A DNA stretch of 62,000 nt, taken from positions 1 through 62,000 of IMG/VR virus record IMGVR_UViG_3300021963_000134; one strand, 5' to 3'. The stretch's first letter is position 1, and every line of letters begins with the position of its first letter. This stretch comes from a virus. Taxonomy: Duplodnaviria; Caudoviricetes. A program made the position numbers and the translations under genes. The notes below the pieces were generated by a model. It worked only from the letters and a program-made list of their open reading frames with translations. It had not been told where the DNA came from and made no database searches. Of the stretch, positions 36,769 to 45,312 are shown piece after piece.

Positions 36769-36994
36769 AAATGAAGTCGTAGGTCTTTACGTCAACCACC
36801 AGATCAGGGAACACCAGCAGTTTGCCGATCATCTTGGGCATCACGCTGGAACCCATAACGAAGGCCACATACCAGATGTCGATTGGCTCATCAATGACAA
36901 CAGCCAATGCAAACACGGCCTTGTCTTCACCGATGTCGTGGATCGTGACCTTGAGATGCTCGTCACGCAGTTTTTGGATCAGGTCTCTCATCAA
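36761..36994 (-). CDS. Hypothetical protein
   Basis: Coupled ORF. Confidence 0.45.
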   Translation of the reverse strand: MMRDLIQKLRDEHLKVTIHDIGEDKAVFALAVVIDEPIDIWYVAFVMGSSVMPKMIGKLLVFPDLVVDVKTYDFICA

Positions 36995-37218
36995 TGCACC
37001 TCGTTTGAAGAAAAACGCACGGCTCGGTCGTGGTCATAGACTTGGCTGATGGTGTCCATCAGGTCTTGCTTGGGAAGGTCTCCCGCTATCTGCACCGTCA
37101 GATTAACCAGAAGGCCAAACACCTCCTCGGGTTTTAATTTGTGACGGTCAAACAGGTTAAAAAAATCATCGTATGCAACAGCTAAACGATCTACTTTCTT
37201 CTTAGCAACGGTCATCAT
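36991..37218 (-). CDS. Hypothetical protein
   Basis: GGAGG RBS. Confidence 0.5.
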   Translation of the reverse strand: MMTVAKKKVDRLAVAYDDFFNLFDRHKLKPEEVFGLLVNLTVQIAGDLPKQDLMDTISQVYDHDRAVRFSSNEVH

Positions 37219-37336
37219 GCCTCCAGAAAAAGAAAAGCCACCATGAAGATGGCGAAAAAAAGAAAGATCACCAGTTCGGCTTGGTCGCTGATGATCTCAC
37301 GGTGCGTTGGGATTGGTCTTGCTGGGCCTTTGTATC

Positions 37337-37645
37337 TCATAACCCCTCCGGCACGTTGACCTCGTCACCCAACTTGCTGGCAACGTAGTACCTCATGGCG
37401 GCAACCAGCGGGGTTGGGCCATACCTCTCAAACCCATCGACATATTTGCAAGCGCTCCAGACTGGCAGGGCAGAGTCAACATCATCAAACCCGTCAAACC
37501 CCACGGCAATCCTTTCCCGCTCAATTATCGGCCCACCGAACTCCCACTTGCCGCAGTAGTTGACCGGGGCCAACATATCTGTCAGTCCCTCGGCGTGGTT
37601 AACTGCCCAGTTGAGGGCGTTGCCTGTCAGTTCAGATGTCTTCAT
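37337..37645 (-). CDS. DUF2591/NinX-like phage protein
   Basis: SELTG.AL.WAV, W..GGPIIERE.I, GPTPL.AAMR..VASKLGDEV. Confidence 0.75.
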   Translation of the reverse strand: MKTSELTGNALNWAVNHAEGLTDMLAPVNYCGKWEFGGPIIERERIAVGFDGFDDVDSALPVWSACKYVDGFERYGPTPLVAAMRYYVASKLGDEVNVPEGL

Positions 37646-37857
37646 GCTGTCTCTCCTTTTGGGTGAAGTAAAAATACAGAGGGGGCAAGGGTGTCAACCC
37701 GATAACCCCGGCGCTTCAAAGCATTGATGGTTGGCATTGACCACGGCTTATAACGGCCTGTCTCCATGTACAAGTTGCCCTCATATCCATTGCCGCCGTG
37801 CGCCAGCATGGCAAGTGCGCCATCAACATTGGGTTTCCATTTTTCCCAATCAATCAT
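37642..37857 (-). CDS. Hypothetical protein
   Basis: Revised start MIDWEKW after AAGGAGAGACAGC. Confidence 0.5.
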   Translation of the reverse strand: MIDWEKWKPNVDGALAMLAHGGNGYEGNLYMETGRYKPWSMPTINALKRRGYRVDTLAPSVFLLHPKGETA

Positions 37858-37996
37858 GCTGTCTCTCCTTTGGTTGTTGCAAATAAAACAATGCGGCTCT
37901 TGATGGCTCGGCGCTCCTCTGCCAAAGCCTCTCGCTTGCTGGTGTAGGTGCGTTGACGGGTAGACCCGTCCATGAAGGTGATGGTCACGGTGTATC

Positions 37997-38209
37997 TCAT
38001 GCTGGTTCTCCTTGTGGCCCATATGAGCGGGTCTCGTCAGTTGCAATGTCATCCAGTTCGATGGACTCAATGTCCCATGCTCCATCATCCCGGTAGTAAT
38101 CTTGGTCAACTTGTTTCCAAGCCAATGCCTCGGCCTCATCCACATTGTCGGCCTCAATGGTGAGGTTGATGTAGGAGGTGCGCTTCAATTCGATCTGGTA
38201 GGTTTTCAT
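37997..38209 (-). CDS. Small acidic phage protein
   Basis: Y.IE.....I.IEADNVDEAE.LA motif. Confidence 0.55.
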   Translation of the reverse strand: MKTYQIELKRTSYINLTIEADNVDEAEALAWKQVDQDYYRDDGAWDIESIELDDIATDETRSYGPQGEPA

Positions 38210-38433
38210 GCTGTCTCTCCTTGTTTAAACATATCTTCATGCAACATCTGTTGCTCCAGTGCTCTGCCCAGACGGGCAACCAACTCTTCCAGCCCCTGCT
38301 TGGTGTCACAGCCAATGAAGGGGTCGCTGTATGAGGTCGGTACACCGTCCTCGTAGTACACCTCCTTGAAGGTAATGTAGTCATCCCCACCATTCTCGGA
38401 GGGGCAGTTCATAACTCGGTGATTCCAGTTCAT
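38206..38433 (-). CDS. Hypothetical protein
   Basis: MNWNHRV..EVYY motif; GAGGAG RBS. Confidence 0.55.
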   Translation of the reverse strand: MNWNHRVMNCPSENGGDDYITFKEVYYEDGVPTSYSDPFIGCDTKQGLEELVARLGRALEQQMLHEDMFKQGETA

Positions 38434-38620
38434 CTCAGGTCTCCTCAATCAAAGTTCTTGTCAAACTCGCCCTTGTCACTCTCAAGAGCGACAACGTGGT
38501 TGTCCTCGCCGTAGGTGATGTAGTCCACCTCATCGTGCAGTTTCTCGAGCGCATCTTCTGCGCTCTCACCCTTGACCCAGACGGTGCATTGAAATTTGTA
38601 CAGGTTCATGTTGCTTCTCC

Positions 38621-40228
38621 TTAAGCCGCAAGCTTGATTTGTTTAAACGAAACAGCACCGATGTCGGCGATGTCTTTCACTGCCACGGCGTTGCCGTAGA
38701 TGCCAGAGACATCGGACATGATGCCGACACCAATGGTTGTCACACCCAGTGCGTTGCCGGACTGGATTTGTTGGCGAACCCCAGCGGGGTTGCCGTACCC
38801 GTCAGTGATCACAAAGACCAGCTTGCGGTGTTCATTGCGCCTTGCCAGCAACTCATGCGAGTAGCGCAGGGCGGTGTAATCGTTTGTCCCACCAGCAGAG
38901 GTGACACGCCCGATCAGGGTGTTGGCTTTGCGATGGTTCATGCCGAAGGGCTTGATCTCAAACACGGCAGACCCGAAGGCCACAACAGCAGTCTTGACCC
39001 CAGCCGCATCAAGCGTTTCCAGCAGGGCACGGCACGTTGCAACAGCAGGGCCAATGCGAGGCTTCTTGCCGTTGTCGCAGTCGAACATCGAACCGCTGAT
39101 GTCCAGCAAAACCACAACCGCAGAGTCCACGCCCTCCACATCGAGGCGGCGTTTAAACACACGATCGTTGCCAGTGGCCACGGATGGCAGGGCATGGACG
39201 TTGACCACACCAGCCTTGCGGTTGCGGTTGAACTCAGTCAGACCTGAGTTGTCAAACAGGCGCTTGACCTCATACCGAAGCTTTGCAGGGACAGGCGCAG
39301 TCACCAGACCCTCCCGCTCGGTGTCTCGCAGGACAGCACTGCCCTCTCGGATTTGCTCGGAGGTGTAGTTACCCATCACCCCACCGCTGGGCAGTTTGGG
39401 CTCAACCTCCCTTGCCTCAACATCGACAGGTGATTTGACAGGTGCGTCAGGGGCTGGGGGAGCCTCTTTGCTCTCTTCCGCACCCTTACCCTTATCCTCA
39501 CCCTGATCGGGGCTTGTAGGCCCATCCTGACCATTTGTAGGGCCATCCTTGGGCTTGCCGGGGCGCTTGGGTTCATCCTTTGGTCGGCTGGGCTTCTGAC
39601 TCTCCTGCTTGATCTGCTCATAAACCCACTGAGCAATCTTCAGGGTGTCGGTGCTGGATGTGGCGCTTTCGCACTTCACAGCCGCCATCTCAAAGATGGC
39701 AGTCAGGCGGGGGTTGCAAGGAACCTTGACGGCGGCGTGTTTACGGCAAGCCACTGCGAGGATGTAGGGATACTGGCGAGGATCGTTCCAGTCCTTGACC
39801 GATGCCAATGCCTCACGGGTCATGCCATCGATCAACTCACCCAGCAGGGGGCCGATGTTGCCCAGCAGACCAGAGGCAATCCCGGTGTTCTCGATCCAGC
39901 CATCTTCCACAGCGTTGTGCAGGGTCTGGACGTACTGGTTGTCACCCCTCGCATGGAAGTCGGTGTACTTGTGGTGCAACAGTTCATGCACCACATAACC
40001 CGCATACTTGACCACAAGGGCACGGCTCACCGTGGAATCGTCAGGGATGCCAGCAAGGTACAAGTTGCCATGATCATTGATGCCAGCAGTCTGGATGTCG
40101 TGCCTCCAGTAGACACGCACACTGCTCAGAGCCAAGGACTTGCCCACCTTGTGGGCGAAGGCCTCCAGACCCAAGCGGAACTCAAGACCACGGACGGAGG
40201 GGCGCGAGAGAATGGTTTCGATGTTCAT
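38621..40228 (-). CDS. vWA (MIDAS) protein with N-terminal HExxH domain, CobT-like
   Basis: VHELLHHKYT; LLDISGSM, GGT, FVITDG; revised start MNIETIL. Confidence 0.85.
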   Translation of the reverse strand: MNIETILSRPSVRGLEFRLGLEAFAHKVGKSLALSSVRVYWRHDIQTAGINDHGNLYLAGIPDDSTVSRALVVKYAGYVVHELLHHKYTDFHARGDNQYVQTLHNAVEDGWIENTGIASGLLGNIGPLLGELIDGMTREALASVKDWNDPRQYPYILAVACRKHAAVKVPCNPRLTAIFEMAAVKCESATSSTDTLKIAQWVYEQIKQESQKPSRPKDEPKRPGKPKDGPTNGQDGPTSPDQGEDKGKGAEESKEAPPAPDAPVKSPVDVEAREVEPKLPSGGVMGNYTSEQIREGSAVLRDTEREGLVTAPVPAKLRYEVKRLFDNSGLTEFNRNRKAGVVNVHALPSVATGNDRVFKRRLDVEGVDSAVVVLLDISGSMFDCDNGKKPRIGPAVATCRALLETLDAAGVKTAVVAFGSAVFEIKPFGMNHRKANTLIGRVTSAGGTNDYTALRYSHELLARRNEHRKLVFVITDGYGNPAGVRQQIQSGNALGVTTIGVGIMSDVSGIYGNAVAVKDIADIGAVSFKQIKLAA

Positions 40229-40235
40229 ACAGACC

Positions 40236-41696
40236 TTACAGAAGTTGGTTGATGGTTGTCTCGCTGATGCAAGACAGGTAGATGGCAGTGAGACCGGGGA
40301 GGGACTCAACTGGTTGACGGGCGGCAATGGTGGATGCCCAAGCCTTGTCCACGGGCAAGACCCGCAGGGCACGAACAAACGCAATCACAGACCGAATGGA
40401 AGGGGCATCGATGACCTCGCCTGTCTGCACCTTTTCACGGGCCACACGCACAGCGTCAAGGATGTGGGCGGCAAGCTTCATGTTGCACCCTGTGTGGCGC
40501 ACAACAGCGTCCACCTCGGACATGATGGGCAGGTAATCGAACTGCACCACACGGGCGAAGCGATCCACAAGGGCGCTGTTCATCTGGCGAGTCCCGGCGT
40601 AGCGTCCAGAGTCATCACCATTGCCCAAGGTGTTGTCGGCGGCAAAGACCAGCACACCGGGGGCACGGGTCTGGACAGACCCACCGAATGACACGGCGCT
40701 GTTGGGCTCCAAGAACCCGTTCAGCGGGGCCAGTTCGCCGGGGTCTGCGTTGGTCACTTCATCCAGCAGGATCACGGTGGACGGGTGCGTGAAGGCGGCA
40801 AGGAAATCACCACGCTTGAACACGGTCTGACCATTCTCCAAACCCACTGCACCGATGTAGTCCTCGGCACTGGTGTACTTGTGGAAGTTGATGCGTTTAA
40901 ACGCACGGCCTGTCATGGCGGCAAACTGACGGGCGGTCTCGGACTTGCCAGTGCCCTTTGGCCCACCGAACCAGACGTTTTCACCCAAGTCCTGCGAGAG
41001 GATCAGGTGCTGGAGGATGTCGGCAGTCCAGATGAAGCAGGGGTCAACAGCCGGGGCGGTTGGGTCATTCCAGATGTCCACCTTGAGCGGGTCACCCTTG
41101 CGATCCAGCACCTCGACACCAAAGACCTCCAAGCAGGGCTTGGTGTCCACCACATGGACAGAGGCAAGGTCTGCGACCACAGCCTGTGCGCCAACGGCCT
41201 CGACTGCTTTTCGGAAAGGTGCGAAGGCATCAGCGACAACCTTGTTGACAGCATCTTCTACCTTACGGTCATCAATCTTGGTCTCGCCAAGCTTTTTGGC
41301 GATGGCCCGAATCTCGGTGCGCAGGGTGTCATCATCCTGAATCCGGGCGTTGCGATCATCTGCCAACTCATCGGACAGTTTCTGGTGTGACCTCTTCACG
41401 GCCTCGATGGCCTTGAGGGCGGCGGCTTCAGCACGGTTTGCAACAGACCCCACGGCATCGACAGCGGCGGTGTCCACCGCAGGGCCAGTCTGGAACGGGC
41501 CAGAGGGGGCGGCGGCTTTGATGTCGGTCAGGGTGATGTTGTTGGCCTGAACACAAGACGCCAACCAATCAGCGGCCTTGGACTTTTGCTCGGCAGGTGT
41601 CCCGGTCAGGGGATGAGGTGAGCGGGATGCATAAGCACCCAGCACAGTGGTGATTGGAAGCTTGAGAATTTCGATTTTGATTTGCAGGGCGTTCAT
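40236..41696 (-). CDS. MoxR/CbbQ/CobS-like AAA+ ATPase
   Basis: GPKGTGKS, ILLDE, NTLGNGD..GRYAG...NSALVDRF. Confidence 0.88.
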   Translation of the reverse strand: MNALQIKIEILKLPITTVLGAYASRSPHPLTGTPAEQKSKAADWLASCVQANNITLTDIKAAAPSGPFQTGPAVDTAAVDAVGSVANRAEAAALKAIEAVKRSHQKLSDELADDRNARIQDDDTLRTEIRAIAKKLGETKIDDRKVEDAVNKVVADAFAPFRKAVEAVGAQAVVADLASVHVVDTKPCLEVFGVEVLDRKGDPLKVDIWNDPTAPAVDPCFIWTADILQHLILSQDLGENVWFGGPKGTGKSETARQFAAMTGRAFKRINFHKYTSAEDYIGAVGLENGQTVFKRGDFLAAFTHPSTVILLDEVTNADPGELAPLNGFLEPNSAVSFGGSVQTRAPGVLVFAADNTLGNGDDSGRYAGTRQMNSALVDRFARVVQFDYLPIMSEVDAVVRHTGCNMKLAAHILDAVRVAREKVQTGEVIDAPSIRSVIAFVRALRVLPVDKAWASTIAARQPVESLPGLTAIYLSCISETTINQLL

Positions 41697-41709
41697 GTCA
41701 GGTCTCCGT

Positions 41710-42285
41710 TTAAACAAGGTTCAGGGTGTCGGAATCGACAGGGCAGGAAGGAAGGCCAAGGGCGGCCCATTTGCTGGTGAGGCGCACGGTGTACCCGCAG
41801 GACGGGCACACTGCCTTGAGCATGCGAGTGGTCTGCACTTTCTTGGTGCTCATGGTCAGGGCGGCATGAGGGTATGGGCCAAGCGAGTCCACGATTGCCC
41901 CGAAGGTGGGGAGGAACTCAGGGCCACGGGCAGTGGCTTTCCAGCCATCCACAGGGGTGGCCTCAAGGTGCATCAGGGCGGCAACCTTTTGGAAGTTGAC
42001 CCCGTGGTTCATTGCCCCGGCAGTCGAGTGGCACAACTCATGCACCAACACCTCGAAGACATCGATTGGATTGGCAAGCTTGGGGTTGATGAGAATTTCG
42101 AAGGTCTTGTCAGCAGAGGCGGTGTCTGCCCAGCACTGACCAAGTGCGCCAGTGCGATTGGCCCCCAGCGGGAAACCACAGGCCACGCGAACGTTCGCAG
42201 GGAGTGGCTTGCCAATTGCATCAAAGAAGGGGCGCAGTTCACTCACGGCGGCTGAAAGCCAGTCTTCACGGTTGTTGATTGTCAT
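41710..42285 (-). CDS. SprT-like zinc metallopeptidase with C-terminal Zn ribbon
   Basis: VLVHELCH..NHG..F; KAVCPSCGYTVR..PSCP. Confidence 0.8.
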   Translation of the reverse strand: MTINNREDWLSAAVSELRPFFDAIGKPLPANVRVACGFPLGANRTGALGQCWADTASADKTFEILINPKLANPIDVFEVLVHELCHSTAGAMNHGVNFQKVAALMHLEATPVDGWKATARGPEFLPTFGAIVDSLGPYPHAALTMSTKKVQTTRMLKAVCPSCGYTVRLTSKWAALGLPSCPVDSDTLNLV

Positions 42286-42332
42286 ATCGTTTCTCCAGTG
42301 CTAGTGATTGTATAGCGTTTAAATGGAAGGGG

Positions 42333-42662
42333 TCAATAGTTGCGGCTGGCATGGATGCGAGCCACATATTCACGGGCTGAGACCCTGCGCACAATGGCGT
42401 GGAAAGAGACGCACCCACAGCAGTCGTATTCATGGCGGCAACCACTGCGAGACAGGGTGCTGGCGATGGCGTTGGACAGGTCTGTCTTGCGGTGTGATGA
42501 CGGGGCAATCACCCGTTGGGTGAAGGTGTCGGTGTCATCAGTGCTGGCAACCAGTTTGAGGGGCAGGATTTTGGCGCTGACGGCGTGATCCCAGTCATCC
42601 TCATGCGACCAGCCCAAGGTGAACTTGTGGGTGAGACGGTAGTAAAGATCGATGCTATGCAT
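42333..42662 (-). CDS. Hypothetical protein
   Basis: AAGGA RBS; GCRHEYDCCGC motif. Confidence 0.55.
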   Translation of the reverse strand: MHSIDLYYRLTHKFTLGWSHEDDWDHAVSAKILPLKLVASTDDTDTFTQRVIAPSSHRKTDLSNAIASTLSRSGCRHEYDCCGCVSFHAIVRRVSAREYVARIHASRNY

Positions 42663-42687
42663 GGTGTTTCCTTTCGGTGTTTAAACG

Positions 42688-42727
42688 GATTGCACTCCAA
42701 TGCCCGGCAGGGCATCAGGCTGGAATC
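42688..42727 (-). repeat. Intergenic hairpin, copy 1
   Basis: Minus strand GATTCCA...ATGCCC/GGGCAT...AGTGCAATC; same design as 43780-43822. Confidence 0.55.
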
Positions 42728-42980
42728 AGGGTCGGTATGCGGCATAAGAGCGGATGGGGTGTCGCCCGTTGGTGTGCTTGTCGGTGAACTGCACATCGAT
42801 GCCAGCTTTACGGGCGGCGGACATGAATTCAGACAGGTCGCAATCCTCTTCAAGGTAGGCGGTGTCGCCTCTCTGGTAGCTGTAGGTGCTGATCTTGTTG
42901 GCGATGCCCAGTGTGACCAACAGGTCACGCTTGACAGCCAGCCAGCCGTGGCCGGGGTCGGTGTAGAAGTTGAGGTTCAT
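42726..42980 (-). CDS. Conserved early phage protein
   Basis: DPGHGWLAV..YLEEDCD motif; revised start MNLNF. Confidence 0.65.
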   Translation of the reverse strand: MNLNFYTDPGHGWLAVKRDLLVTLGIANKISTYSYQRGDTAYLEEDCDLSEFMSAARKAGIDVQFTDKHTNGRHPIRSYAAYRP

Positions 42981-42997
42981 GGTTGGTCTCCAGTTGG

Positions 42998-43300
42998 TTA
43001 GAAAACGGCGAACTCTTGCAGGGCTTGCTTGGTGTCCATGCCCACAGTGGCACGGGAGATGACGTTCGACCATTCGCCCAAGGGGTTGGCGGTCAAGTCG
43101 AAGGCCAGTTTCTCCCTGTCAACCGCAGAGGTGCGGATGGCCCATTCGATTTGCTGGTGGGCGAACATAGTCCGAAGGCACACCTGCCAGTTGGTGGCGT
43201 TGGGTGTTTTGTTGAAGGCCTTTTGGGCAATGGCCAAGTTTTTCTTGATCAGGCCAGCGGCCTCGGTCAGGGTCTGCAGGGTGGCGGCATTGATGGTCAT
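42998..43300 (-). CDS. Hypothetical early protein
   Basis: Revised start MTINAAT, downstream of the hammerhead. Confidence 0.5.
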   Translation of the reverse strand: MTINAATLQTLTEAAGLIKKNLAIAQKAFNKTPNATNWQVCLRTMFAHQQIEWAIRTSAVDREKLAFDLTANPLGEWSNVISRATVGMDTKQALQEFAVF

Positions 43301-43319
43301 GGCTGGTCTCGGGTTAGTT

Positions 43320-43369
43320 GCACAAGACCCCCGGAGGGGTTTCGCCCAGTCAGGGCTCATCAGTTGTGC
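43320..43369 (-). ncRNA. Hammerhead ribozyme, type I
   Basis: GCACAA CUGAUGA GCCC UGACU GGGC GAA A CCCC UCCG GGGG UC^ UUGUGC: full catalytic core, three perfect stems, GUC cleavage triplet. Confidence 0.9.
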
Positions 43370-43563
43370 TTGCGTTGCAGGAAGGCGAGGCGGTCACGCA
43401 TGGCATCCAGTTCGGCCCAAAGCTTTTGGATGTAGGGGTGATTCAAGTCACCCTCATGCAGGGCGATGGTTGTGTGGATGTCACGCATGGCGAACTCGCA
43501 TTCGGTTGCGGTGTATCCCCGCGCCTTGTTGCGGTACAGGGCGGTCATGTCGCTGTAGTTCAT
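43360..43563 (-). CDS. Hypothetical early protein
   Basis: GGGAG RBS; stop codon lies inside the ribozyme core. Confidence 0.55.
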   Translation of the reverse strand: MNYSDMTALYRNKARGYTATECEFAMRDIHTTIALHEGDLNHPYIQKLWAELDAMRDRLAFLQRKHN

Positions 43564-43565
43564 GG

Positions 43566-43760
43566 TCAGGCTCCCTTGGTTGATGCAAGCGGCAACCAGT
43601 TGTCGGTTGCCAAGTCGGTAACCAGCAGACGGGCCAGCAAGACAACGTCTTTTTTGTCCAACAACAGGGAGGCAAAGGGGTGCTTGATGTCATAGGCCAG
43701 CACGGCACGGGCGTTGGCATCGGTGGGGTTTGCACGGTAGCGATCGATGAGTTTTTGCAT
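43566..43760 (-). CDS. Hypothetical early protein (first in operon)
   Basis: GGAGAG RBS before MQKLIDR. Confidence 0.55.
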   Translation of the reverse strand: MQKLIDRYRANPTDANARAVLAYDIKHPFASLLLDKKDVVLLARLLVTDLATDNWLPLASTKGA

Positions 43761-43779
43761 GGTCTCTCCAGTAGTGCGG

Positions 43780-43822
43780 GATTGCACTGCGAAGCCCACA
43801 GCGTGGGCTTAACGGTGGAATC
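43780..43822 (-). repeat. Intergenic hairpin, copy 2
   Basis: Minus strand GATTCCA...AAGCCCAC/GTGGGCTT...AGTGCAATC. Confidence 0.55.
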
Positions 43823-43970
43823 TCATGGGGGATTTTTTATCTACCGTCACGGTGGACAGGTACAGGGCTTGAACCCTGTCTGACTTGCTCCCAAGCTTCC
43901 CTTGGGTTTCGCCTCAGACCGACCGTATCGTGGGCCGTTCACATCAGCACTATTGCTAGTGCATGGACGA

Positions 43971-44000
43971 ATCATATCACTAGTGTTTAAACAGTGTCAA
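43971..44000 (-). promoter_or_regulatory. Strong sigma-70 early promoter
   Basis: Minus strand TTGACA-N18-TATGAT with TG extension; GTTTAAAC in the spacer. Confidence 0.75.
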
Positions 44001-44221
44001 ACAGATACCTGAGCAAACTGTAGGGATATTGGTTCGAGGGTCAGGGTGCAAGGGGTATCAACAGTGCTGAGACCCTTGGGTTTGGCGCTCTTATTAGTGG
44101 GATACAACGCCGCAGATCAGAGGGTCTACAAGCCCCGGAAGGGGCATCAGGCGGGGTAGGTATGGGTAAGGTGTTTACACCGCCAGCAATCACGGTGTGC
44201 AATGAAAAAGTTAACAGAAAG

Positions 44222-44293
44222 TTATCCACAGTATCCACAGGAGGTTGTGGATAAGTCGGGTTATCAACAGGGAGTTGTGGATTGCGTGGATAA
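44222..44293. promoter_or_regulatory. DnaA-box cluster
   Basis: Perfect TTATCCACA (44222) and TGTGGATAA (44246); near matches at 44231, 44261, 44276, 44285. Confidence 0.8.
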
Positions 44294-44365
44294 GTCCATG
44301 AGTACTTATTCATTGCAGACGGCGTTTAAACTGGTGATCTGCGATGGGGTGAGGGGATGGGCACT

Positions 44366-44394
44366 TGGACAGGTGATCGGGCCTCTGGTAGCAT
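44366..44394 (+). promoter_or_regulatory. Sigma-70 promoter candidate for the terS-like gene
   Basis: TGGACA-N17-TAGCAT with TG extension. Confidence 0.5.
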
Positions 44395-44411
44395 GCGGCG
44401 ACAGAACGGTG

Positions 44412-44444
44412 CTGTGCATAAGCACAGGCTGGATGAAACCACAG
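44412..44444. promoter_or_regulatory. Two tandem SOS (LexA) boxes
   Basis: CTGTGCATAAGCACAG (44412-27) and CTGGATGAAACCACAG (44429-44) fit CTG-N10-CAG. Confidence 0.6.
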
Positions 44445-44454
44445 GAACCAAACC

Positions 44455-45096
44455 ATGAGCGAGACACAAAGACCCGGACGGGCCACGAAAGATGAACTAC
44501 TGGCGGCGCTGGAGGCGGCGCACTTACCAGATGACGAAGGCCATGATGAAGGCCCGGAACTCAGCGAAGCGGAACGGTTGGCCGCTCACGCAGAACCTCC
44601 GCCCTTAAGGGTAGATGGAAGACCAAAGGGAGTGGAAGAGTACAAGAGGATCAATCCTCTCACGCCATCAGCAATGGAATTCGCAAAGGGCATGATCATT
44701 GGGAAAACAATGAGACAAGCCTACCGAGATGCATACCCAAACGCCAAAGGCAGTGATCAGGTGATCACATCAGCCGCATACAGACTGAGCAGGGATGAAC
44801 GGATACAGAAGGTCTTGCAAGATGCTTGGGGCGAGACGGTGGAGGTGTTGGCAGAGGACACAGCGGCAACGAAACGATACGTGCTGAAAGAGTTGTTGGC
44901 ACTTACCAAGGGAGGCAAGCAGGAAGGCTCCCGGTTGAAAGCACTGGAACTCATGGGCAGAGCCGCAGGGATGTTCCAACAGACCACTGAAGCACCGACA
45001 GAGAAACCCACCGCAGAGCAGTTGCGCAAGGAACTCTCAGGGCATCTCAAGCTACTGGACAACGTCAAGCCACTGAAGGCGAAGGCCAAGGCGTAG
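44455..45096 (+). CDS. Terminase small subunit-like protein
   Basis: LTP....FA......TMRQAYRDAY, AYRL, RLKALELMGRAAGMF; upstream of terL. Confidence 0.7.
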   Translation: MSETQRPGRATKDELLAALEAAHLPDDEGHDEGPELSEAERLAAHAEPPPLRVDGRPKGVEEYKRINPLTPSAMEFAKGMIIGKTMRQAYRDAYPNAKGSDQVITSAAYRLSRDERIQKVLQDAWGETVEVLAEDTAATKRYVLKELLALTKGGKQEGSRLKALELMGRAAGMFQQTTEAPTEKPTAEQLRKELSGHLKLLDNVKPLKAKAKA

Positions 45097-45312
45097 CGTG
45101 TAAACTCAGGGGAGGACATCGGTCATCAGTGCTGGGAGGCGGTGTGCGATTGGCTGGGAGTGGCGACCCCACCGGCCCCCGACCCCCCAAAGCTGTCAGC
45201 GAGGCCCCGCTCCCGTATACGCTCTAATCCACACAAACAATCCCATAGCTACACACCCCCATCATTTCCAAATGCCCACCCCCCGGGGGTATATATATTT
45301 TGTGTAAACACC

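Noticed and set aside
38621-41696. Cobalamin biosynthesis genes cobS/cobT
   Set aside because: No cobN or other cob genes; a generic MoxR-AAA/vWA pair explains the motifs.
43850-43930. tRNA on the minus strand (GGTTCAAGCCC)
   Set aside because: Only a T-arm-like hairpin; acceptor, D and anticodon arms cannot be built.
45120-45140. Additional hammerhead cores (CTGATGA at about 45124 minus; also 2386, 3130, 6735, 51059)
   Set aside because: No correctly placed GAAA or flanking stems.
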